Origin: Actinomycetes bacterium
GTDB lineage: Bacteria > Actinomycetota > Acidimicrobiia > Spongiisociales > JAHEDJ01
Direction of reading: 5' to 3'
NCBI GenBank assembly: GCA_024641245.1
Contig: JAHEDK010000002.1
Location: 167,136-231,135, forward strand
Length of the DNA: 64,000 nucleotides
A program made the translations under genes and the position numbers. The notes below the pieces were generated by a model that saw only the letters and a program-made list of their open reading frames with translations, made no database searches and had not been told where the DNA came from. Of this stretch, positions 39,609-48,794 are shown in pieces (the stretch's first letter is position 1; every line of letters begins with the position of its first letter).

Positions 39609-40342
39609 CATTGGGCCAACGAATCCGCGAAAGCACGATAGGTCGTTCGATCTGGCGCGCCACCGACCGAACCACCGAACGCGACCAGGCGGCCGGTCAC
39701 TGGGCGAACTTCTTTCTGCACATCTACCCGGTGAAAGTGCGCAAGAAGGAGATCACGTTCCGCTATTCCTGGTATCTAGGTGTGGCGTCGGTGGTCCTGT
39801 TCGGATCGCTGATCGTTTCGGGCATCTACCTGATGTTCTTCTACGTCCCGTCGCCTGCCCAGGCCTACGGCGACATCCTCAACCTGCAAACGCGGGTCGC
39901 GTTCGGACAGTACATCCGCAACGTGCACCGCTGGTCGGCTCACCTCATGGTGCTGGTGGTGGCCGCGCACATGGCCCGGGTGTTTTATCGAGGGGCATAC
40001 AAGAAACCCCGCGAATTCAACTGGGGTATCGGCGTGATCCTCCTCGTGCTCACGCTGCTCCTTTCGTTCACCGGCTACCTGCTCCCCTGGGACCAGCTCG
40101 CCTACTGGGCGGTCACGGTCGGCACCGAGATGGCCGCCTTCGTCCCGCTGATCGGGGACACCGTCAAGGAAATGATGCTGGGTGGGCCGGTGGTTGCTTC
40201 GTCGACGCTGCTGCGGTTCTACGTTCTGCATGTCGCCGTTCTGCCCACGGCTGTCGTTCTCCTCATCACAATCCATATGTGGAGATGGCGCAAAGACAGC
40301 ATGCTCGACGCGGCGAAGGAGGGTGTTGATGTCGACGCCTAG
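39605..40342 (+). CDS. cytochrome b6-like subunit, set 2
   Basis: His pairs (NVHRWSAHLMVLVVAAHMARVFYRG; FYVLHVAVLPTAVVLLITIHMW); ATGA overlap with upstream gene. Confidence 0.9.
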   Translation: MTLGQRIRESTIGRSIWRATDRTTERDQAAGHWANFFLHIYPVKVRKKEITFRYSWYLGVASVVLFGSLIVSGIYLMFFYVPSPAQAYGDILNLQTRVAFGQYIRNVHRWSAHLMVLVVAAHMARVFYRGAYKKPREFNWGIGVILLVLTLLLSFTGYLLPWDQLAYWAVTVGTEMAAFVPLIGDTVKEMMLGGPVVASSTLLRFYVLHVAVLPTAVVLLITIHMWRWRKDSMLDAAKEGVDVDA

Positions 40343-40865
40343 ACCAGATCAGGAAAATCCTGAGATCGTCGCCGGACAACGGGTGCTCGGGGTTGTTCCA
40401 GGCAAGCCGCCGGGCGGCGACCGCAAGGTTCTGAGCGAGCAGGAACCGGTCATGGTCTGGCCGCACCTACTCGTCCGCCACGGGGTGGCGGCGCTGGTGG
40501 TCATCGCCGTCGTTCTGGTGCTTGCCATATTCTTCGATGCCCCGCTGCGTGAGATCGCCAACCCCACGCTGACGCCCAACCCGGAAAAGGCCCCCTGGTA
40601 TTTCGCGGCGCTCCAGGAGCTGCTCTCGATGTTCCATCCGCTGGTGGCCGGTGTGCTGGTCCCGGGCGCCATCGTCCTCGGGCTCTTCGCGCTTCCGTAT
40701 GTGGATCGGACTTCGACGATCGAGCCGCGGTTCCGCAAGGTGGCGGTGGCGACGTTCACGATCTTCATGGTCGTGTGGATAGTCCTGACGGTTATCGGAT
40801 TCGCCTTCCGCGGCCCCAACTGGGGTTGGGTGTGGCCATGGCAAGAGTGGTACGGAGAGCTATGA
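40329..40865 (+). CDS. cytochrome b subunit IV-like protein, set 2 (Qo-site motif variant APWY)
   Basis: Three TM helices; NPEKAPWYFAALQELL in place of the canonical PEWY; coupled start (overlaps upstream stop). Confidence 0.8.
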   Translation: MSTPRPDQENPEIVAGQRVLGVVPGKPPGGDRKVLSEQEPVMVWPHLLVRHGVAALVVIAVVLVLAIFFDAPLREIANPTLTPNPEKAPWYFAALQELLSMFHPLVAGVLVPGAIVLGLFALPYVDRTSTIEPRFRKVAVATFTIFMVVWIVLTVIGFAFRGPNWGWVWPWQEWYGEL

Positions 40866-41368
40866 GCAACGGAATCGGTCGGAGAGAATTCCTATCCCGG
40901 GCCTGGAAGTGGGGTGCCGCCCTCATCGGTGTCGCCGGCGGTTGGACCACGTGGGATATCCTGCAGCCCCGGGTCACCGGAGGCTTTGGTGGCGTCATCA
41001 AGACCAAGGCAGCCGACACAGTGCCGGACACCAACGTCGAATCCATCCGGGCCGCCAGAACCTACCTGACGAAGATCGACGGGCAGGTTGTAGCCCTCTC
41101 CGAGAAATGCCCGCACCTCGGTTGCCGGGTGCCGTGGTGTGATTCGTCCGGACAGTTCGAGTGCCCGTGCCACGGCTCGGTCTTCAACCGGGCGGGCGAG
41201 TACCGCGCAGGGCCCGCTCCCCGCGGAATGGACCGCTACGAGTTCGAGACGATCGACGGCATCGTCTACGTAGACACCGGAGCACCGGTATCCGGGCCGG
41301 CAATCGGTGTGGAGACCCTCAACGAACCCGTACGAGGGCCATCGTGTGAGGACAGCTCCCATGGGTGA
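40862..41368 (+). CDS. Rieske [2Fe-2S] iron-sulfur subunit, set 2, Tat-exported
   Basis: RREFLSR twin-arginine signal; CPHLGC and CPCHGSVF boxes; ATGA overlap. Confidence 0.9.
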   Translation: MSNGIGRREFLSRAWKWGAALIGVAGGWTTWDILQPRVTGGFGGVIKTKAADTVPDTNVESIRAARTYLTKIDGQVVALSEKCPHLGCRVPWCDSSGQFECPCHGSVFNRAGEYRAGPAPRGMDRYEFETIDGIVYVDTGAPVSGPAIGVETLNEPVRGPSCEDSSHG

Positions 41369-41825
41369 GCGTCCGGTTGACCAGGAACTCGAACAGTCGA
41401 CCGTCAGATGGATGCAGGCCGGACTGGCCCTGATGGTCGTCCTGGTGCTGGCGTTTCCCGCCTACCGGCTCCTCGAACCTACCAACCGCGAAGAAGCACG
41501 CGACCTCTTGACGGAAGAACTCGCCGTCCAGGGCGAAGAGCTATTCGCGGGGCAGTGCGCCTCCTGTCACGGCGAAAAGGGGCTGAATGGACCGATCGGT
41601 CCGTCGCTCAACTCGAAGCAGTTCCTGGAGGCGGCCACCGACAGCCAGATCATCAGCCTCGTCTCGGTCGGCGTCCCGGGCTCTCAGATGGGCGCCTACT
41701 CGATCGACTTCGGAGGCCCACTGACACTCGAGCAAATCACCGGCATCGCAACCTATCTGCGCTCGCTGGAGAAAGACGCCCCGGACAATCCTGACTGGCG
41801 AGCAGTAGTAACGCCGGGGAGCTAG
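41361..41825 (+). CDS. membrane-anchored monohaem class I cytochrome c
   Basis: N-terminal TM helix; single CASCHG haem motif with downstream Met ligand region; start overlaps Rieske stop. Confidence 0.75.
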   Translation: MGERPVDQELEQSTVRWMQAGLALMVVLVLAFPAYRLLEPTNREEARDLLTEELAVQGEELFAGQCASCHGEKGLNGPIGPSLNSKQFLEAATDSQIISLVSVGVPGSQMGAYSIDFGGPLTLEQITGIATYLRSLEKDAPDNPDWRAVVTPGS

Positions 41826-41948
41826 TCGCGGGTTGCTAGTCGCGGGTTGCTAGCTCACAGGCGACCCTCTCGCGCGTTTCTCCCCCGCACCGGCGGGGGA
41901 GATGCCGAGGTCCACGAGGCAGAGGGGGTTACTCGCGACCGCGACCCG
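41826..41948. terminator. convergent-gene terminator region with 14-bp tandem repeat (gctagtcgcgggtt x2) and perfect hairpin tctcccccgc-accg-gcgggggaga
   Basis: Lies between the + strand cytochrome c gene and the - strand ccmE; strong GC hairpin readable on both strands. Confidence 0.5.
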
Positions 41949-42371
41949 CTACGCGTCCGTCGGGACCTCGTAGGGGTGCCCTTCGTCCTCGGGCGCTTGG
42001 TACTGCTCGTCGTGTTTGACGACCAGCTGGTCGCTGCGGAAGACGTCACCGTCCCAGGCGCCTTCGACGATCGCACCGACGCCTTCGCGGAACAGTTCCG
42101 GTGGGGCTCCCTGGTGCACGATGTGCACTTCATGGGCACCGTCGGACACGGTGAACTCGACTCCATCCGAGGTGGCAACCAGTGTCCCGACTTCGACCTG
42201 ACCGCCGAGCCGGAACCGCTCACCATCGGGGAACTGAGCCCTCTGCTCGATAGCTTCGTTGGGGGTCAAGTAGTAGACGAGGTTCTCGCCGAGGCTGAGA
42301 AACACCATCCATCCGATGATCACAACGATCGCTCCGATGGCGGGAAGTACGAACCAGCGATATCGAGTCAT
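41949..42371 (-). CDS. ccmE: cytochrome c maturation haem chaperone CcmE
   Basis: N-terminal anchor, OB-fold, haem-binding His in LVVKHDEQYQAP. Confidence 0.9.
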   Translation of the reverse strand: MTRYRWFVLPAIGAIVVIIGWMVFLSLGENLVYYLTPNEAIEQRAQFPDGERFRLGGQVEVGTLVATSDGVEFTVSDGAHEVHIVHQGAPPELFREGVGAIVEGAWDGDVFRSDQLVVKHDEQYQAPEDEGHPYEVPTDA

Positions 42372-42372
42372 G

Positions 42373-42486
42373 TCAGCCCTCCACCCGGCGGCGGACGCTG
42401 CGCAGGCGCACAGTCAAGAACACCGCATATCCGATCATGAAGCCGTACACCACCGTGTAGGCAAAAACGACCCATCCGTTAGACAT
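42373..42486 (-). CDS. ccmD: haem exporter protein CcmD (37 aa)
   Basis: Unannotated small ORF MSNGWVVFAYTVVYGFMIGYAVFLTVRLRSVRRRVEG between ccmC and ccmE; single TM plus basic tail as in CcmD; overlaps ccmC stop and abuts ccmE start. Confidence 0.6.
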   Translation of the reverse strand: MSNGWVVFAYTVVYGFMIGYAVFLTVRLRSVRRRVEG

Positions 42487-43204
42487 CTCGCACCTTCTCG
42501 AGGTTGGGAGCCGTGATGGCGGCACCGGCGGGCGTGGCATCAGCGGCGGCGGATTGTTCTTCGAGTTGTTCCTCGCCCCTGGCGATGGCCGTCTTGACGC
42601 TCATGAAGGCGAGATAGACCACGGTGAACGCTCCAACGTTGCTGAGCAACGCCAGCAGGATCTCTCCATCGATCGGAGAATCCGGTCGCACCACCGTGAT
42701 CCCCTGGTGCAACGTGCGAACGATGATCACCGAAACGTAGGACAGCGGCACGAGGAAGAAGGCCACGATGCCCAGCACCGCGGATCTCGTCGCCCGCATG
42801 GCCGGGTCGGGAATGCTGCGGCGCAAAGCCAGGTAACCGAGGTAGACGAAGAACATGAGGGCCGTCGTCATCATGCGGGCATCGCCCCAGTCCCAGAACG
42901 TCCCCCACACCGGGTAACCCCAGATCATGCCGGTCATGAGCGCCAGCGCGGTGAAGAACACGCCGACCGAGACGCTGGACTCGGCGATTCGATCGTAAAC
43001 GGGCTTGCGTCTCGCCAGCCACAGGATCGAGGCGGCGAACGTCACAAGAAACGAGAGGTAGGCAAGCCACGCCGAAGGTACGTGCACGTACATGATGCGG
43101 GTGTAGTCGCCCTGCAACTGATCGAGCGGCGCCTGGCCACCGAAGTAGAAGCCGACCAGCACCGCTGCCAGTGCGATCAACCCGAGTATTCGATGTCTAT
43201 TCAA
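42479..43204 (-). CDS. ccmC: haem exporter / haem lyase subunit CcmC
   Basis: WGTFWDWGD (WWD domain) motif and 6 TM helices. Confidence 0.9.
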   Translation of the reverse strand: MNRHRILGLIALAAVLVGFYFGGQAPLDQLQGDYTRIMYVHVPSAWLAYLSFLVTFAASILWLARRKPVYDRIAESSVSVGVFFTALALMTGMIWGYPVWGTFWDWGDARMMTTALMFFVYLGYLALRRSIPDPAMRATRSAVLGIVAFFLVPLSYVSVIIVRTLHQGITVVRPDSPIDGEILLALLSNVGAFTVVYLAFMSVKTAIARGEEQLEEQSAAADATPAGAAITAPNLEKVRDV

Positions 43205-43881
43205 CGTGAGGCCTCCTCGAGGAATCGGGCGGTCAGCACACCTACCACTGCCAGCCCGAGTACCACGGCAAGTAGCAGAAGGATGGGAGTGAGGATACTT
43301 GACTTCTGAGCCAACGCTTCATACGTCTGTGATGCTCCGACGAGCAGCGGCAACGCCAGCGGTGCCACCAGCAGCGGTGCCAGCGTGTTACGAGAGCGCA
43401 GACCGGCCGTGATACCGGAGGCGAGCGTACCGATGAGCGCCAGGCCGACGGCCATCAGCAGAAGGACCAAAATCAGGATCGCCCACCCCTCTACCGGGTC
43501 CGGGTTGTAGAGGATGATCGTGGCGGGCGCAAGCACTCCTTCGAACACGAGCAACAGGAGGACGCTCGCCACAACCCTGCCCGCGAACTGCGCGGCCGGG
43601 TCCACGCCGAGCAACACCATCATCTCGCGATTGGCCGAACTCTCTGTGGCCGACTGGCGGAACGTGACCAGCATCCCGAACAGCAGGGTCACGACCCAGA
43701 ACATGCCCGGTCCGATCGAGGCGATGAGTGGACGGTCGGTCCCGATCGCCAGCGGGATGAGCAGCAGCGCAACCGCTCCAAACGGGATCGTGATGTTCAG
43801 GACCTCGCCGGTCCGTCCTTCGACCCGCAGATCCTTCAACCCGATCTCATATGCCTGGCCCCAGAACGACGGACCGCTCAT
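43201..43881 (-). CDS. ccmB: haem exporter membrane protein CcmB
   Basis: CcmB-type 6-TM ABC permease; 4-nt overlaps with ccmC and ccmA. Confidence 0.85.
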   Translation of the reverse strand: MSGPSFWGQAYEIGLKDLRVEGRTGEVLNITIPFGAVALLLIPLAIGTDRPLIASIGPGMFWVVTLLFGMLVTFRQSATESSANREMMVLLGVDPAAQFAGRVVASVLLLLVFEGVLAPATIILYNPDPVEGWAILILVLLLMAVGLALIGTLASGITAGLRSRNTLAPLLVAPLALPLLVGASQTYEALAQKSSILTPILLLLAVVLGLAVVGVLTARFLEEASR

Positions 43882-44534
43882 GATGAGCTCCCCGCGATCA
43901 CGATCCCACCCGTCAGCTCATAGGTCGATTGCACCAGCGGCAGCATGCGATCGAGTTCGTGGGACACGAAGACGGCGGCGCCACCACGGGAACGGACGTT
44001 CTCGACAACTGCGTCGACGAGTTGTCCGGCCTCTCGATCTAGTCCGGCGTGGGCCTCATCGAGCAGCAGTAGGTCGGGCCTGGTGAGAATCACCCTGGCG
44101 AACTCAACTCGCCGCTGCATACCATGCGACGACTGCTCCGCCCGCCGGTGCTTCGCCCCACCCAGCCCGACCACGTCGAGCATCTCATCTACCCGCTCGT
44201 CAGTGTGGCCCGACAACCGGGCGACGAAGGCGAGATTCTCACGCAGCGTCAACTGCGGGTAGAGCGCCGGTTGATGGCCGATCAGCGCGATCCGGCGCCG
44301 GATCGCAAACGCCGTCGCTTCGCCCATCTCGGTGCCGAACACCGCCACCGAGCCCTCCGTCGGTCGCAGCAACGTGGCCAGCACCCGGAGCAGCGTCGAC
44401 TTTCCCGAACCATTCGGCCCAACGATCCCGGCTGCCTCCCCGGACGGTACCGCCAGCTCCACGCCCTTCAATACCGGCACCCGGCCGTATCGAACGGCGA
44501 CGCCGTGCAGCTGCACTGTGGGAGGTGTGGACAT
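43878..44534 (-). CDS. ccmA: haem ABC exporter ATPase CcmA
   Basis: Walker A GPNGSGKST, signature and Walker B LLLDEA; start set at internal ATG (MSTPPTVQLHGV). Confidence 0.85.
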   Translation of the reverse strand: MSTPPTVQLHGVAVRYGRVPVLKGVELAVPSGEAAGIVGPNGSGKSTLLRVLATLLRPTEGSVAVFGTEMGEATAFAIRRRIALIGHQPALYPQLTLRENLAFVARLSGHTDERVDEMLDVVGLGGAKHRRAEQSSHGMQRRVEFARVILTRPDLLLLDEAHAGLDREAGQLVDAVVENVRSRGGAAVFVSHELDRMLPLVQSTYELTGGIVIAGSSS

Positions 44535-44804
44535 GACAGACGAGTGTACGCACGCAGCTTCGGGCGCCGAAACGCGACCCCGGATAAACACCACCCGTTC
44601 TCTCCCTTTCGCCACCTTTTCAGGGTTTTATGGCGGGTTTCAACCCAGGCAGGGCCCAAGTGCCCCAGGGCGCGAGGACTTTGCGCTGTTGGTGTGTTTC
44701 CGATATACCCGTATCCTCTGCAATGAGAAACGGGGGACCGACCCTGAATCGCCGCCGGAACGGCTCATTCACACGGTGATCCCCATGGAGGAAGGCACAG
44801 CAAA

Positions 44805-46844
44805 ATGAACGCGACCCTCGGGTATCTCTCGATCCTGGCCGCAGTGGTGGGAGCGCTCGGTATCACCGTGCGGGGTTTCATCGCGATGCGTGATCCGGAG
44901 CGGGCGAACAAAGGGTATCTGGGGTTGCCCGTCATACTGTTCGTGTCCGGAGCCGTCGGCGCAATGTTCTTCCTGGAACTCGGGCTTCTCACCGACGACT
45001 TCTCGATCAAGTACATCGCCAACAACTCCTCGACCACCACCCCGTTTCTCTTCAAGGTCGCCTCTGGATGGGCATCGCTGGAGGGATCGATCGTTTTGTG
45101 GGGTCTGGTCCTGGCCGGCTTCACATTCGCCGTATACGCACGGTTCTTCAGAAGCGAAAGCGGCGACCGGCTCGCAGCAGGGGCTCTGGCGATCATGGGG
45201 CTCATCTCTCTTTACTTCTTCGGGCTAATGGCCACAATCTCCGACCCATTCGCTCGCTGCGTGCAAACGTTCAGCGACGGTGTCGGTTGTGTGACCGGCG
45301 AGAACGCGATCCTCGCCAACGTGATCTCCTCCCCGATCGAAGGGCGCGGCGCCAACGCACTGCTCCAGAACCATTGGCTCATGGCCCTGCATCCACCAAC
45401 GCTCTACGTCGGCTATGTCGGGCTCAGCGTCCCCTTTGCGTTTGCCATCTCGGCGCTCCTCCTCAAAACCACCGGGGCGGCCTGGCTGACCCGGACCCGC
45501 AACTGGACGGTGTTCGCCTGGATGTTCCTCACTGCCGGCATTGTTCTCGGTGGGCTCTGGTCGTATGAGGTGCTCGGCTGGGGCGGCTACTGGGCATGGG
45601 ACCCGGTTGAGAACGCCTCCTTCATGCCGTGGCTGGTCGCGACTGCCTTCTTGCACTCGTCTGTCGTGCAGGCGAGGCGCGGGATGCTGCAGTCGTGGAA
45701 CTTCGTCCTCGTCATCACGACCTTCGCGCTCACGATTCTCGGCACCTTCTTGACCCGCTCCGGCGTAATCGTTTCGGTTCACAGCTTCTCGCAGTCCGCC
45801 ATCGGGCCTGCCCTGTTGATCTTCCTGGTGGTCGTGCTGCTGGGATCGCTCGGGCTCTTCGCGTCAAGGGCTCACACCATCGCCTCTTCTCCCCGGCTCG
45901 ATTCACTCAGCAGCCGGGAAGGGGTGTTCTTGTTCAACAACCTTCTGCTCACCGTGTTCGCGTTCATGGTGCTGACAGGGACGCTCTACCCGCTCTTCGT
46001 TGAGGCGTTCTCCGACTCGACGGTGGGCGTCGGTCGTCCGTTCTTCGATCGCATGGCGATCCCGTTGTCCTTCCTGTTGCTGCTGGCGATGGGCATCGGA
46101 CCGGTCTCGCCCTACCGGGCGGCGAGCGCCCGCGTCGTGTGGGAGCGGATTCGCTGGCCCGTCCGGGTTGCCCTCGGCGCCGCCGCGCTGGCCGTCGTGT
46201 TCGGCTATCGGAACTCGTTCCTGCTGCTCGGTGTTCTGGCCGCCGTGTTCGTCATGGGCGTGATCATCCGCAACCTCTACGACGCCGCCCGGACCAGGGC
46301 AGACAAACTCGGTATCGGACGGAGACAGGCCGCCGCCCGGATCATGCGCGGCGACCCGCACTATTGGGGTGGCCAGATCTCCCACCTGGGCGTTGCGATA
46401 CTGGCACTGGGCATCGCCTTCTCAGCCAACCTGTCGGAGACCGCCACGGTGACCATCGACGCCGGAGATACGGTCAACTTCGCCGGCTTCGAGGTGACCT
46501 ACGAACAGGAGTTCAGCCGCCAGGAACCGGGCCGGTTCGTCACCGGAGCAGACATCACGGTGACCCGGGACGGGTCGGTCGTCGGTACGTACCAGCCACG
46601 GCTGAATCAGTACGGCAACACGCGGGAATCGATCGCCACCCCAGAGGTCGACACCATGTTCTCAGGCGACCTGTACCTCTCGCTCCGCAGCATCGATCCT
46701 TCATCCGTGACCCTCGAGGTCTATTGGTTCCCGTTCATCTGGCTCATCTGGGTTGGAGGCTTCCTGGCGGCCGCCGCCGGGGTCTGGGGATTCGCGGTCA
46801 AGAAGCCCGAACGTTCGGTTGCACGGGACGACACGCGTGTCTGA
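44805..46844 (+). CDS. ccmF: cytochrome c-type biogenesis protein CcmF
   Basis: WGGYWAWDPVEN WWD motif; ~15 TM; RBS ggaggaagg. Confidence 0.9.
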   Translation: MNATLGYLSILAAVVGALGITVRGFIAMRDPERANKGYLGLPVILFVSGAVGAMFFLELGLLTDDFSIKYIANNSSTTTPFLFKVASGWASLEGSIVLWGLVLAGFTFAVYARFFRSESGDRLAAGALAIMGLISLYFFGLMATISDPFARCVQTFSDGVGCVTGENAILANVISSPIEGRGANALLQNHWLMALHPPTLYVGYVGLSVPFAFAISALLLKTTGAAWLTRTRNWTVFAWMFLTAGIVLGGLWSYEVLGWGGYWAWDPVENASFMPWLVATAFLHSSVVQARRGMLQSWNFVLVITTFALTILGTFLTRSGVIVSVHSFSQSAIGPALLIFLVVVLLGSLGLFASRAHTIASSPRLDSLSSREGVFLFNNLLLTVFAFMVLTGTLYPLFVEAFSDSTVGVGRPFFDRMAIPLSFLLLLAMGIGPVSPYRAASARVVWERIRWPVRVALGAAALAVVFGYRNSFLLLGVLAAVFVMGVIIRNLYDAARTRADKLGIGRRQAAARIMRGDPHYWGGQISHLGVAILALGIAFSANLSETATVTIDAGDTVNFAGFEVTYEQEFSRQEPGRFVTGADITVTRDGSVVGTYQPRLNQYGNTRESIATPEVDTMFSGDLYLSLRSIDPSSVTLEVYWFPFIWLIWVGGFLAAAAGVWGFAVKKPERSVARDDTRV

Positions 46845-47250
46845 TTCGATTCGCAAGATCGCGGCGGCGGTGGTGACTATCGGCCTGGCGGTTGTCGTCG
46901 TAATCGGCCTCATCCAGGGCGACCGAACCGATGAAGATCGCGCCCGGTCCATCGGCTCCAGAGTGAAGTGTCCCGTTTGCCAGGGCGTAGCCATTGCCGA
47001 TTCTCCTTCGGAAACTGCCAGAGCGATGATGGACGTCGTCGAAGAGCGAATCGCAGACGGGTGGTCGGACAGACAGATCATCGACTACTTCGCGGAGCGC
47101 TACACCGACAGCATCGTCATCGACCCGCCCTTCAGCGGGAATACGCTGCTCGTCTGGCTGCTGCCGATCCTGGCAGTAGTCGCAGGCTTCTTCATGATCT
47201 TCTCCCGGCGCAAGACGCCGGTGCCAAAACCCGATGAGGTGAAACAGTGA
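46837..47250 (+). CDS. ccmH: cytochrome c-type biogenesis protein CcmH (CxxC)
   Basis: VKCPVCQG motif, C-terminal TM; GTG start overlapping ccmF stop. Confidence 0.75.
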   Translation: MSDSIRKIAAAVVTIGLAVVVVIGLIQGDRTDEDRARSIGSRVKCPVCQGVAIADSPSETARAMMDVVEERIADGWSDRQIIDYFAERYTDSIVIDPPFSGNTLLVWLLPILAVVAGFFMIFSRRKTPVPKPDEVKQ

Positions 47251-48080
47251 GCAACTTCAACCAGGAGTCATACGATCGGGCGGTCGCCCGCAAGGAACTG
47301 GCCTTGACCGATCTCGAAGAGCTGGCCCAGCAGGTGGACGACGGTGAGATCGACGCGCCCACCGCGGCAGGACTCCGGAGCGGCTACGAGGCTGAACTCG
47401 GCGCGGCCGAAGCCGAACTGGCCAGACTCGGTCCACCGCCCACTCCCAAGAAGTCGCCCGGTCAAGCGTCGACCAAACGTGCGCCGAGCGAGAACGGACG
47501 GCCGGCCCGGAAGTCGAGCGACTTGAATACTCGTCTGCTGGTCGGCGCCGGCATTCTCATCGTCGCCCTCGTCGTGATTCTCATCTCGGTCCAGAATTCG
47601 GCGCAGCCGGATCCGGCCGCGATGGGCACCCAGGTGACGACGGCAAGCGGCGAGGACCCCTGCGCGGAGCTGGCCGACGCGTTGACCAGTCACTCCGACA
47701 ACGGCTTTCGTCTCGCACTGGCCGACTGCTACGCAGACGTCGGAAACGCCATGTCGGCGATCGAGCACTACCGGGCCGTCGCCGATGCCGAAGGTGCCGC
47801 CGACGGCGAGGTCGCACGGGCAAACGTGGGACTCGGCTTCCTCAACCTTCAAATCGGTGAGCTCGCCAAGGCCGCCGACTACATGCGCGTGGCGCTCGAG
47901 CGCGACGCCGCCAACGTCGAAGCTCAATACTTCCTGGGCATGATGCTCGTCTACGACCTCGGCGATCCGGCCGCAGGAGCCCCATATCTCGAGTCGGTAC
48001 TCGCAACTCCCGACCTGCCGGAGACGGTGATCCTCGAAATCCAGGCAGCGCTCGATGTCGCGGCGGGCGAGGGCTCATGA
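47247..48080 (+). CDS. CcmI/CycH-like TPR protein
   Basis: N-terminal coiled-coil, single TM, C-terminal TPR repeats; translationally coupled between ccmH and ccmG. Confidence 0.55.
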   Translation: MSNFNQESYDRAVARKELALTDLEELAQQVDDGEIDAPTAAGLRSGYEAELGAAEAELARLGPPPTPKKSPGQASTKRAPSENGRPARKSSDLNTRLLVGAGILIVALVVILISVQNSAQPDPAAMGTQVTTASGEDPCAELADALTSHSDNGFRLALADCYADVGNAMSAIEHYRAVADAEGAADGEVARANVGLGFLNLQIGELAKAADYMRVALERDAANVEAQYFLGMMLVYDLGDPAAGAPYLESVLATPDLPETVILEIQAALDVAAGEGS

Positions 48081-48685
48081 CCAACACGGACCTCGCCGTC
48101 GAGCCGACCCCGGAAGCACCGCAACGCAACCTCAAACTGTGGATAACGACCGGCCTGGCGGCGGTGGCCTTCATCGCGCTCGCCCTCGTGTTCAACAGCC
48201 GGTTTGGCGTTGACCCCCGGGTCGTCGAATCCCCGCTCATCGGGCAACCCGCCCCGAACCTCGAACTCGAGGTTCTCGAGCAGGACGCCATCTCTGGCCC
48301 CATGGCAATGTCGGAATTTCGCGGCAGCGTGGTCGTGGTCAACTTCTTCGCCTCTTGGTGCATCCCCTCCTGTCGCGATGAGCACCCCCATCTCACCGCG
48401 GCCGCCGCCGACTACGCCGACCGCGGCGTCCGGTTCGTTGGAATAGCCACCAGCGACACACCCGAAGACACACGCGGGTTCCTCGACGCGCTCGGGTGGG
48501 GAACCAACTACACCTACCTCAACGATCCCGATGCCAGGGCAGGAGTCGAGTTCGGCACATTCGGAGTTCCCGAAACGTTCGTGATCGACCGGGAGGGGCT
48601 CGTCACGCACAAGTTCACGGGGCCGGTCACATACGATGAACTGGTCGTCGAGTTGGAGAAGGCGTTGACCGAGACGGGTTCATGA
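48077..48685 (+). CDS. thiol:disulfide interchange protein CcmG/DsbE-like (thioredoxin fold) with atypical WCIPSC (CxxxC) active site
   Basis: N-terminal anchor and TlpA/ResA-like fold; active site reads W-C-I-P-S-C, checked in the DNA (tgg tgc atc ccc tcc tgt). Confidence 0.75.
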   Translation: MTNTDLAVEPTPEAPQRNLKLWITTGLAAVAFIALALVFNSRFGVDPRVVESPLIGQPAPNLELEVLEQDAISGPMAMSEFRGSVVVVNFFASWCIPSCRDEHPHLTAAAADYADRGVRFVGIATSDTPEDTRGFLDALGWGTNYTYLNDPDARAGVEFGTFGVPETFVIDREGLVTHKFTGPVTYDELVVELEKALTETGS

Positions 48686-48794
48686 CGGCGTGCCCGGGAC
48701 AAATGGCCCCACCGTCGAGGCACTAGGCTCCTATGCGCCGCCGGAAGGTCGGGCGAACATTGGTCCGGCGTAGGATCCTGCAGGGGAGACAGGG

